From positions 1,468-65,467 of the forward strand of contig JAPFCO010000118.1 in assembly GCA_026169505.1 (NCBI GenBank): a stretch of DNA of 64,000 bases. Reading direction: 5' to 3'. A program made the translations under genes and the position numbers. The notes below the pieces were generated by a model, which was not told where the DNA came from, made no database searches, and saw only the letters and a list, made by a program, of their open reading frames with translations. This DNA is from Pseudogracilibacillus sp. GTDB lineage: Bacteria; Bacillota; Bacilli; Bacillales; Amphibacillaceae. Positions within the stretch are counted from its first letter, which is position 1; each line of letters opens with the position of its first letter. Of this stretch, positions 20,411 to 29,224 are shown one piece after another.

Positions 20411-21694
20411 CTATAAACTGAACGTACTTAACCATGGAACAAATAGGAGAATTATAGTAGCAATAATCAAACCTAGCAAATAAGGAAGTGTACCTTTGAT
20501 TACTACACTTAATTTTTCTTTGAAATGTCCACTGATTGCGAATAAGCTAACTCCTACTGGTGGTGTGATTTGGGCAATCATCATACAAGCAATTGTTAAA
20601 ATCCCAAAATGAATAGGATCATATCCCATCGATAAAACAGTTGGATATAAAATTGGTATTGTTATATATAAAATTGGAATTGGATCTAGAACAGTACCGA
20701 AAACTAAAAACAAGAGTAAAATAAGCAACATGATAAGCAAGTTAGGTAGTGTAAGCGTCGTCACAAATGCAGTTATACTTTGTGGTATTTGTGCATAAGT
20801 AAGGGCAGTTGAAAATAAAGTAGCTCCTCCTAATATAATATAGATGACAGATGTTGTAGTCATAGCACCTAATAAACTTTTCTTGAAGTTAGATAATGTA
20901 CAATCTTTCCTATTAAATAAAAGACTTATTATTAATACATAGAAAACAGCAACTGCGGCCGCTTCTGTAGGCGTGAAAATTCCAGAATAAATTCCACCCA
21001 ATACTATAATTGGCATTAATAAAACCGGCAATGCATGGACGAATGAAGTTCTAACTTCAACAAATGCACTTCTTTCTTTCCTGTTTGCTTTTTCTCGAAA
21101 ACTTATAATGACCGCCACTATTATTAATACGAAAGCTATCACAATACCAGGTACAATACCTGCAATAAATAGTTTTCCAACATCAAGTTGCGTCATTGAA
21201 GCAAATATAATCATATAAATACTAGGAGGGATCATTTGGCCTAACGTTCCTGCAGAAGCGACAACTCCCATACTGTTTTCTTTTGAATAACCCAATGCTA
21301 TCATTTGTGGAATTATCATCGATCCTACAGCAACAACTGTAGCAGTTGAGGAACCGGAAAGTGCTCCAAAAATAGCAGCAGCAATTATAGCTGCTGATGA
21401 TAATCCTCCTGGTAGATGACCAACAAGATCATTGATAAACTTTACCAACTTTTTAGCTGGTCCCATAAATGTCATTAAATTTCCAGCAAGAAGGAAATAC
21501 GGTATCGCCAATAAAATCCACTTATCTGTCGCTATTAAAAATTGTGACGAGATAGTTTCTAAGGGCAAACCTATAAACACATACATCCAAAATCCGCCAC
21601 TCATTCCTAACGCTAACCATATTGGCACTCCAATTACTAACAGGAGCACAAATATTACAAGCCCTAAAACAAACAAAACATCTCCCCCCATCAC
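20411..21694 (-). CDS. dctM: TRAP transporter large permease
   Basis: LLAIPYFLLAG, FGALSGSS, IPPSI, TPTEAA and TPPVG motifs. Confidence 0.92.
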   Translation of the reverse strand: MMGGDVLFVLGLVIFVLLLVIGVPIWLALGMSGGFWMYVFIGLPLETISSQFLIATDKWILLAIPYFLLAGNLMTFMGPAKKLVKFINDLVGHLPGGLSSAAIIAAAIFGALSGSSTATVVAVGSMIIPQMIALGYSKENSMGVVASAGTLGQMIPPSIYMIIFASMTQLDVGKLFIAGIVPGIVIAFVLIIVAVIISFREKANRKERSAFVEVRTSFVHALPVLLMPIIVLGGIYSGIFTPTEAAAVAVFYVLIISLLFNRKDCTLSNFKKSLLGAMTTTSVIYIILGGATLFSTALTYAQIPQSITAFVTTLTLPNLLIMLLILLLFLVFGTVLDPIPILYITIPILYPTVLSMGYDPIHFGILTIACMMIAQITPPVGVSLFAISGHFKEKLSVVIKGTLPYLLGLIIATIILLFVPWLSTFSL

Positions 21695-22200
21695 ACTTCA
21701 CTTTTATATAATCGTATTTTATCGAAATCTTCTATTATTTTTAAAAAAGAATATATACAACTAAAAAACATACCTAAGGGTATTGCAAGTGCTGGAATGA
21801 ACATTAACACGATACCTGAATCAGTCATTAAGTTCATATTTAATAAAGATATTGACCAATTAACACTCGACCAACAAATAAAAACAAAGGAAGCAAATAA
21901 AATAATACTAATTAATAAATCATTATAGTGTTTGACTTTTCCTTTTAAGAAATTTTGTATTAAATCCATCTTTAAGTGCTCATTCTTTTTGATTAGAGGA
22001 CCTATATAAGCAAAAACTCCGTAAATTATAGAATATCGACATATTTCTTCAATAATCTGAAATGAAATGTCAAATAAGTAACGAAAAACAACACTAAAAA
22101 CAGCTAATGTGACACTGATTAACACAGTAAAAAGAGAAAATACTTCAAGACTTTTATCTAATACTCGAATGGATGATTCTACTTTATTAGTTTTTACCAA
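21691..22200 (-). CDS. dctQ: TRAP transporter small permease
   Basis: Four TM segments; V.FRY..EEI.RY and HL.MD pattern; lies between dctP and dctM. Confidence 0.85.
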   Translation of the reverse strand: MVKTNKVESSIRVLDKSLEVFSLFTVLISVTLAVFSVVFRYLFDISFQIIEEICRYSIIYGVFAYIGPLIKKNEHLKMDLIQNFLKGKVKHYNDLLISIILFASFVFICWSSVNWSISLLNMNLMTDSGIVLMFIPALAIPLGMFFSCIYSFLKIIEDFDKIRLYKSEV

Positions 22201-22284
22201 TATGGATCAAACTCCTTTTTAAGTAAACCCGAGCTCTATGAAGAAACTTAATTAAACTCGAAAGAAATATAAATAGTATGAAAT

Positions 22285-23361
22285 CTACTTTTGATACTGT
22301 TCATTAATTTCGGCAGCTTCCTTTATTAATTTATCTGCGCCATTTACCTTATTTTCAAACTCTTCCCATACCGGTTCAGTAACTTCTTTCCATTCATTTA
22401 CTTCTTCCTCTGTTGGATAATAAAGTTCAACATCTAATTCAGTGTCGAATTTCTCATAAACATCTAATATACCCTCTCCAACTGTTTTATCGGCATGTAC
22501 CTCCAAGTCACTACCAGTTTCAATAAGAATTTCCTGTAAATCCTTTGGTAATGATTCAAACTTTTCAAGTGAAATAATTACTGGCATGACATAATTAACA
22601 ATAGGGAGTATAGTATACGACTTTATAGGAAGCTTATTATCAAATGCATACATATGTGGTGTTAACAAACCATCAATAACATTTTGCTGTAAAGCCGTGG
22701 TTAATTCAGCACCAGAAACAGCAACACCGCTTGCACCAACTGTTCTTAAAGTATCAGGCACAACCGAACCTCCAGAAGTTCTAATTTTTAAACCATTTAT
22801 ACTATCTGCATTTGTAATTTTCTTATCACTACTACCAGTACCTGGTGACCCAAACATATCAGTAGAACTAAGCGATAATACTTTCAATCCCTTGTCTTCC
22901 ATCATACTTACAATTTGTTTACCTCCATTTTCGCTATTAATAAACTTTTTTCTAGCCTCAATATAAACCGAGGGATCATCAGTATCAAACTCAAAAAGAA
23001 AAGGTAAATCGAAAATACCCCATATTGGGTCAAAACTTGCAGCAATTGAAGACAAAGAATGAGACATATCTATTTGACCTTGTAAAATGGCAGCAATTTC
23101 TTGATCACCAGGCATTAGTTGAGCATCTGAATAAATTTCCAATGATAACCTTCCATCGCTACGTTGCTGTACTTCTTCATTGAACCATTCCATGTACTCA
23201 TGATGAAGTGACGCTTCTGGATATTGATGCGCTAGTTTCAGTACATACTTTTCTTCATTCGATGCAACACTGTCCTTCGAAGACTCTTGATCAGATTGTG
23301 TTGAATTATTACATGCTGTCAAAATTAAAGCGATCACCAATACGTATAATGTTTTTTTCAA
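22285..23361 (-). CDS. dctP: TRAP substrate-binding lipoprotein
   Basis: Lipobox LTAC; GLKIRT conserved Arg; ALQQNVIDG. Confidence 0.9.
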   Translation of the reverse strand: MKKTLYVLVIALILTACNNSTQSDQESSKDSVASNEEKYVLKLAHQYPEASLHHEYMEWFNEEVQQRSDGRLSLEIYSDAQLMPGDQEIAAILQGQIDMSHSLSSIAASFDPIWGIFDLPFLFEFDTDDPSVYIEARKKFINSENGGKQIVSMMEDKGLKVLSLSSTDMFGSPGTGSSDKKITNADSINGLKIRTSGGSVVPDTLRTVGASGVAVSGAELTTALQQNVIDGLLTPHMYAFDNKLPIKSYTILPIVNYVMPVIISLEKFESLPKDLQEILIETGSDLEVHADKTVGEGILDVYEKFDTELDVELYYPTEEEVNEWKEVTEPVWEEFENKVNGADKLIKEAAEINEQYQK

Positions 23362-23479
23362 ACTTATTCCCTCCTGATTAAATGTTTACTATTAGAAACA
23401 ATGTCTTCATGACAAAAAAGCGATGTGGTGATAAACCCGTGTGATAAAATTGATTTATTCATTTGCCTTTTTAGCAACT

Positions 23480-23899
23480 TTATTGCTTTATAGGCATGGA
23501 AACTGCTTGTCCTTCAATCACAATTTGTCCACTTTGATTCATGCAAGTAGTATTTAATGTTATTCTATTCCTTTCAATATCCTTCGCGATAACCTTCACC
23601 TCAGCGGTTATAATATCACCTATAAATACTGGTGCTTTAAATTTCACATCCTGACTTACATATACAGATCCCTCTCCAGGAAGTTTCCTACCTAAAACAG
23701 CAGCAATTAAACTAACTGATAACATTCCGTGGGCTATACGTGTCTTGAACTTTGTTTTTTCTGCAAAATCCTCATTTATATGAACTGGATTAAGATCGCC
23801 AGTTGCACCAGCAAATATTAGTATGTTGCCTTCCGTAATTTCTTGAGTGATGGATGCTTTCTGTCCAATTTCAATCTCGCTAATAACAAAACCTTTCAT
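23480..23899 (-). CDS. MaoC/PhaJ-type (R)-enoyl-CoA hydratase
   Basis: TGDLNPVH and IAHGML motifs. Confidence 0.9.
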   Translation of the reverse strand: MKGFVISEIEIGQKASITQEITEGNILIFAGATGDLNPVHINEDFAEKTKFKTRIAHGMLSVSLIAAVLGRKLPGEGSVYVSQDVKFKAPVFIGDIITAEVKVIAKDIERNRITLNTTCMNQSGQIVIEGQAVSMPIKQ

Positions 23900-23925
23900 A
23901 CATATCTCCTCCAGTCATGTTACAT

Positions 23926-25182
23926 TTAAATAACACCTTTGTTTTTCAACTCCACAAATCTATCTTTTGATATTCCCATATTTTCACAAAAAACTTTTTT
24001 ATTATGTTCACCAGGGAGCGGCGCTAATCCTCTTGACTCCCCAGGTGTTTCACTAAACTGGATAGGTAATCCAAAACTTTCAAATTCCCCATTAGGATAA
24101 TGTGTTTTGACAATCATATCTCTTGCTCTGACTTGTGGGTCATTTATGGTTTCAGCTATATTTTTAATTGGAGCAAGTGGAACAAGATCAGCCAAATCTT
24201 GCTCTAATTTATTTGTTGTCTGTTTAGCAAACCATTGTTCTAATTTAGGTTTTACTTTTTCAGAGTAAATCTTAGGATTGTTTCGCTTTACAAACGTGTC
24301 AATTTCAGGATCCTCCGAAAATTCAGGTTCATCAAAATACTCACAAATAATATTAAAAAACTTATCATTAAATCCACCAAAGAAGATAATTCCATCCTTC
24401 GTATTAAAACTTTCAAACGGTCTAACATTGGTGTCCTCATTACCAATTGGTTTCCCAATAATTCCACCAGCTGTATAATTAGGGACAGCAAAGCCTGTTA
24501 ATGCAAGGGTCACATCAAGTTGGGAAACATCAACTAGTTGTCCAACCCCAGTTTGATGAACAACGTGATAAGCTGCTAATGTTCCAATGACAGCATTTAA
24601 TCCAGCTGTCAGATCACTTATGACGGTTCCTACTCTCACCGGTGGCATATCACTATAACCATTTATTGACCATAAACCTCCTAGTGCCTGGGAACAGCTA
24701 TCATAAGCAGGTCGTTTAACATAGGGACCATATTGACCATAACCGCTAATGGCTGTATAAATTATTTTTGGATTCACCTTTTTTAATTGCTCATAACTTA
24801 AACCAAACTTCTCCATTACTCCTGGTCTATAATTTTCAACAACTATATCCGCCTTCTTTACCATATCTTTAAATGTCTCTTGTCCCTCTTGTTTACTTAA
24901 ATTTAAAGTAACTGATTGTTTATTTCTGTTATACTGAGCAAAAGGAGCGCTCATGGCAGCTTCTCCTTCGCCAATAGTTGGTTTATATGTTCTGATGAAG
25001 TCTGGATCATTAGGATTTTCTATTTTAATAACTGTTGCTCCTAAATCTCCAAAATATAAAGTACAGTATGGTCCAGCAATAGCTCTAGTTAAATCTAGTA
25101 CAACAATTCCATCTAATGGTTTCATATCAAATAACACTCCCTCTTTTTTGAATAAAAACTGTAAGTTATTGATACCCTTCAT
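23926..25182 (-). CDS. Family III (CaiB/BaiF) CoA-transferase; start probably ATG at 25125
   Basis: PLDGIVVLDL, GATVIKIE, NRNKQSV, ENYRPG; catalytic Asp in VISDL. Confidence 0.9.
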   Translation of the reverse strand: MKGINNLQFLFKKEGVLFDMKPLDGIVVLDLTRAIAGPYCTLYFGDLGATVIKIENPNDPDFIRTYKPTIGEGEAAMSAPFAQYNRNKQSVTLNLSKQEGQETFKDMVKKADIVVENYRPGVMEKFGLSYEQLKKVNPKIIYTAISGYGQYGPYVKRPAYDSCSQALGGLWSINGYSDMPPVRVGTVISDLTAGLNAVIGTLAAYHVVHQTGVGQLVDVSQLDVTLALTGFAVPNYTAGGIIGKPIGNEDTNVRPFESFNTKDGIIFFGGFNDKFFNIICEYFDEPEFSEDPEIDTFVKRNNPKIYSEKVKPKLEQWFAKQTTNKLEQDLADLVPLAPIKNIAETINDPQVRARDMIVKTHYPNGEFESFGLPIQFSETPGESRGLAPLPGEHNKKVFCENMGISKDRFVELKNKGVI

Positions 25183-25237
25183 TTTTATTCGGATAAATTA
25201 ACATCTATAAACCCTTAGAAATCACTACCTCTATCTA

Positions 25238-26143
25238 TTAACAACCACTTCGTAAACTATGGCTAGGCAGTTTTCGATTCATTTTCTCTTGAATATAGCA
25301 GGCAACTTTAACCAATCGATTATCATCAATCCCCGTTTGAATGTTCATTCCATGCAACATATAAAGTAAGTCATCCGTCGCTAAATTCCCAGAAGCCCCG
25401 GGAGCATAAGGGCACCCCCCTAACCCTCCAAGTGAACTATCGAAAGATACAATCCCCATGTCTAAAGACTTTAGGACATTCGCCATCGCCATACCGCGGG
25501 TATTATGAAAGTGCATAGCAAAACCCTTTGCTGAAAAACGGTTAAGTAGAACTTCTAACACTTCCTCAATCTGACTTGGATGTGCCACACCAACCGTATC
25601 ACCGAGAGATAACTCCCTAATTCCCATATCAAATAATATTTCCGAAATAGCGACGACCTGGTCCACACTTATCGAACCTTCATAAGGACAGCCAAAAACA
25701 GTTGATAAGTAAGCTCGGACCGTTTTCCCCGCAGCTAATGCCTCTTTCGCTACTTCTCTCAAAATAGGGTATGTTTGATTGATAGATTTGTTAATGTTCT
25801 TTTTATTATGAGTTTCACTTGCTGACAAGAATATGGATACTTCATCAACCTCTGCCTTAAGAGCCCTTTCTAAACCTTTTAAATTTGGAACAAGTGCTGC
25901 ATACTTCACACCAGGTACGCGTTCAATACCTTTGGCTACTTCCAAAGCATCAGCCAATGACGGAATCCATCTAGGGTTAACAAAAGAGGTAATTTCAATA
26001 TATTTTACTCCTGTATAAGATAGTTGATTAATCAATGCAATCTTATCCTTTGTTGGAAGTATTATAGATTCATTTTGTAATCCGTCACGCGGTACCACTT
26101 CGTTTATATTGATATATTTTTCGACCCTATCATTAATATTCAT
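25238..26143 (-). CDS. mvaB: Hydroxymethylglutaryl-CoA lyase family
   Basis: PRDGLQNE, HFHNTRG and GGCPYAPGASGN motifs. Confidence 0.9.
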   Translation of the reverse strand: MNINDRVEKYININEVVPRDGLQNESIILPTKDKIALINQLSYTGVKYIEITSFVNPRWIPSLADALEVAKGIERVPGVKYAALVPNLKGLERALKAEVDEVSIFLSASETHNKKNINKSINQTYPILREVAKEALAAGKTVRAYLSTVFGCPYEGSISVDQVVAISEILFDMGIRELSLGDTVGVAHPSQIEEVLEVLLNRFSAKGFAMHFHNTRGMAMANVLKSLDMGIVSFDSSLGGLGGCPYAPGASGNLATDDLLYMLHGMNIQTGIDDNRLVKVACYIQEKMNRKLPSHSLRSGC

Positions 26144-26195
26144 AACTCTTTCCCCCCTAACTATTGAAATGTTATATCAGTATTTTTTAATGCAG

Positions 26196-27464
26196 TTAGT
26201 TCTTCTTTAATAATTGTTGAGTGATTTCCATAATACGGTCAAAACGTACATCTTTTTCATCAATAGCCTGTTCTGTTATTTTGTCAACATCGCCACCCTC
26301 GGCACCAGCCATGATGGCTAAATTACGAGCATGTAATGCCATGTGCCCTTTCTGAATACCTTCTGCTGCCAATGCACGTAATGCTCCCAAGTTTTGCGCT
26401 AAACCAACTGCAGCAATACAACTGGCTAAATCTTCTGCTGTTTGAATATCCATAATCTTCAATACTGCACACGCAATAGGATGAGATTTAGTTGCCCCTC
26501 CAATAACACCTACAGCCATCGGAAGTTCAATCGAACCTACAAGGTTTCCTTCTTGATCCATTTCCCATTTGGTTAATGAACGGTATCGACCTGAAGTTGA
26601 TGCATAGGCATGTGCGCCTGCTTCTACAGCTCGTGTATCATTCCCTGTAGCCAAGACTACTGCTGATATTCCATTCATGATTCCTTTATTATGGGTAGTT
26701 GCACGATAGGGGTCATAATTAGCAAATTCATAGGCATTTATGATATCTTTCACCACATCTTCCCCACCTAGGTCTGCGGTTGAGAATACTGCTCGGGCAC
26801 GTACAAGTCTGCGATCAGCTAAATTAGAAATAATTTTTAAAACTACACGTCCGGAGGTAATCCGTTCGATCAATGGTGCAACTGCCTCTGCCATCGTATT
26901 CACAGCATTTGCTCCCATCGCATCCTGAGTATCTACAAAAAGATGCATAATTAACATGGGTTGGTTTATTGTTTTTAAAACGCGTACTTCAATATCTATG
27001 GCACCTCCTCCTAGTGACACAAGCGTTGGATCCTTTGAATTACATAATTCAAGAATAGCTGACTTATTTTCATAAATGCGTGTCGCCGCTGCATAGGGAT
27101 CAGTAATATCCAAAACTTGAATTTGACCCGTCATAATGGAACCACTTTGCGAGGTGAAGAATCCACCTAAGTGATAAGCTTTGCTTGCCATGTTACTAGC
27201 TGCGGCGATGACAGAAGCTTCTTCTGTTGCCATAGGAATAAATTTGTCTTTTCCATTCACTTTGAAGTTTGTTGCGATTCCCAATGGGATTGGCATTACC
27301 CCTATATTATTTTCAATCATCGAGTTTGAAATATCCTTGGGAAAGGAGATTGAATTCATGATTAAGTGTTTTTCTTCTTCATTTAACTTTCTTTCTTTTG
27401 CAACTAAATTTAAGCGTTCTTCTAATGACATACGATAAAATCCTGAAATCCGACTAGATATCAT
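26196..27464 (-). CDS. mvaA: Class II (degradative-type) HMG-CoA reductase
   Basis: ENNIG, PMATEE, DAMGAN, HNKG and GHMALH motifs. Confidence 0.93.
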   Translation of the reverse strand: MISSRISGFYRMSLEERLNLVAKERKLNEEEKHLIMNSISFPKDISNSMIENNIGVMPIPLGIATNFKVNGKDKFIPMATEEASVIAAASNMASKAYHLGGFFTSQSGSIMTGQIQVLDITDPYAAATRIYENKSAILELCNSKDPTLVSLGGGAIDIEVRVLKTINQPMLIMHLFVDTQDAMGANAVNTMAEAVAPLIERITSGRVVLKIISNLADRRLVRARAVFSTADLGGEDVVKDIINAYEFANYDPYRATTHNKGIMNGISAVVLATGNDTRAVEAGAHAYASTSGRYRSLTKWEMDQEGNLVGSIELPMAVGVIGGATKSHPIACAVLKIMDIQTAEDLASCIAAVGLAQNLGALRALAAEGIQKGHMALHARNLAIMAGAEGGDVDKITEQAIDEKDVRFDRIMEITQQLLKKN

Positions 27465-27500
27465 AAAACCACTCCTACCTGAAATGTATAAATTAATTAA

Positions 27501-27560
27501 TCATTGCAGTATTTTTTGGAAAATACTTATATTTTTATCACCTAATTTTATATGCTTCAT
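27501..27560 (-). other. 19-codon ORF with a strong RBS upstream of mvaA (leader or gene remnant)
   Basis: AAAGGAGG 5 nt before ATG; MKHIKLGDKNISIFQKILQ*. Confidence 0.35.
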
Positions 27561-27590
27561 ACAACCCTCCTTTCTTGTATAATTAAAATT

Positions 27591-27604
27591 AATAAGCGCT
27601 TACA
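27591..27604 (-). promoter_or_regulatory. Putative CcpA cre site for the mva operon
   Basis: Minus-strand TGTAAGCGCTTATT. Confidence 0.6.
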
Positions 27605-27953
27605 TTCATTGATAAAACATTTGATATAAACAATAAAAATTTACTCTGACTCAAATACTTACTAAAAAAGGATAATATCATTCATTGTTTTCCTGCAGTT
27701 TTTGACCTCCATTTCTTAATTACAATTTTAATGATTTTAATAAACTGTCATTCCTAATAAGAAAAGACCTTGAGCAACTATCGATATTAAAAACTCAACA
27801 TGTTGCCGATTGAATGATAATTTATATCATTTTCTTCATCAAAAGGCGTCAATAACGCTGGAGGAATTACGTGAATTATAATATAATTACTCCTTATATA
27901 TTTCTTCTACAACTGAATCTTTATTTGAACTTTTTACATTTTAAACAATGGAT

Positions 27954-28065
27954 TCAATTTCATAATTACAAAAAACAGCCTCGGTACTACAATACTTTGT
28001 TAATAACACTTCAACGAAACCACATATTGTAGTGCCGAGGTGATAAATCTGTAGTATGAAATTGA
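27954..28065 (-). ncRNA. Nested-hairpin element, copy B (putative structured RNA; RNA status inferred)
   Basis: 11-bp outer IR (27954-27964/28055-28065) and 16-bp inner IR with 1 mismatch (27979-27994/28025-28040); covaries with copy A; downstream of the promoter at 28187-28215. Confidence 0.6.
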
Positions 28066-28186
28066 TTAAATTGTATAAGAATATCAACCACCCTCTTTTT
28101 AGTTAAAGTTTGAATACTTTATAAAATTAACCACCTCACATTTCAATTTTTCTGTCTATTCTTAAACTTTTAACAGATTACATCGT

Positions 28187-28215
28187 ATTATATACAACAT
28201 TTTGTTGTTTGTAAA
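28187..28215 (-). promoter_or_regulatory. Sigma-A promoter with an operator-like palindrome filling its spacer
   Basis: TTTACA-17 nt-TATAAT; spacer (plus strand) TACAACATTTTGTTGTT. Confidence 0.75.
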
Positions 28216-28251
28216 GTGATTTTATGACTTATTGTTTTATGGGGCTATTTC

Positions 28252-28270
28252 ATACAACATCTAGTTGTAT
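28252..28270. promoter_or_regulatory. Second operator-like palindrome, overlapping a TATAAT upstream of the XRE gene
   Basis: ATACAAC-ATCTA-GTTGTAT, 60 bp from the first copy. Confidence 0.7.
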
Positions 28271-28300
28271 AATTTCCTCAGTATGGGGAGGTTTTATTAA

Positions 28301-28687
28301 ATGTATCTATTCAGAGAACGTTTAAAGGATTTACGTGATGAACTTAGAATTGATCAGAAAGAAATGGGTAAAAAACTTAATGTATCTCAGAGTGCTTACG
28401 GTTATTATGAACAAGGTCGTAATGAACCGTCTTTAGAAACTCTGGTAAAAATAGCTCAAATTTTTGATGTTACAACAGATTATTTATTGGGATTGAGTAA
28501 CACACGTGAAAATCCAGTTTATTATTCAGTATCTGATAAAGTATCGTTATCTAGTACGGAGATGGAAACATTACAACAAATGAAAGCTACTTCATTTTTA
28601 GATGAATTAAGTCAAGATCCACTGAAGAATGTCGATCGATTGTATCGGTATTGGAAATTCATACAAGATGAGCATCCAGACAAATAA
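28301..28687 (+). CDS. XRE-family HTH repressor (ImmR/cI-like N-terminus)
   Basis: RLKDLR...QKEMGKKLNVSQSAYGYYEQGRNEPS..TLVKIA.IFDVTTDYLLG; RBS GGAGG. Confidence 0.9.
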   Translation: MYLFRERLKDLRDELRIDQKEMGKKLNVSQSAYGYYEQGRNEPSLETLVKIAQIFDVTTDYLLGLSNTRENPVYYSVSDKVSLSSTEMETLQQMKATSFLDELSQDPLKNVDRLYRYWKFIQDEHPDK

Positions 28688-29224
28688 TATAGTAAAGTAA
28701 AAAATTCAACTTTGTTTAATTTAGGAGATGCTGCTTCTACTATATTGTAACTGCTAAAATGAAATGAACAGATGTAACCAGATAGAATTGAACATCGCTT
28801 ATATAAAAAATGCTTTGAAAGAGGACTTGTGTCCATCTCCCAAAGCATTTTATTTTTTCTATTAAACTCGTGTCACCTTCTCCATCACTTCACCCTTCAA
28901 CTGCTGCAAAGCTTCCTTACTCACTTCAATCGTCCCTTCACACCAAAATAAAACTTTATTTTTGGCTTACCTTTGTCCGAAGTGGGTCAATAAGATGGCA
29001 TAAGTGGAGCTGTCCCGTGTCCTTTTTCAATAGAGCTCCGCAACGATAAAATTATTTAATGTATCATAAAACTGCTGAAACAAAAGAATCTACTTTTTCC
29101 GAAAGGAAACATTGTTTATACAGCAAGTATGTAGTTTTCGTTGTTTCGATTTTCTCTCAAGTTTATTCAAGAATCATATATTACAAATATTCAATTGATA
29201 TACAGAACTAAACCCTTAAGTAAA

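Noticed and set aside
28301-28687. Prophage or ICE call from the XRE repressor
   Set aside because: No integrase, ImmA protease, replication, conjugation or structural genes in the window
28862-29040. Minus-strand coding-like stump ending ...EGTIEVSKEALQQLKGEVMEKVTRV*
   Set aside because: Probably a gene remnant, but too short to assign
29129-29143. ATGTAGTTTTCGTTG resembling the hairpin core in reverse orientation (possible third copy)
   Set aside because: Only ~15 nt with an indel, and no partner arm or outer stem; could be chance
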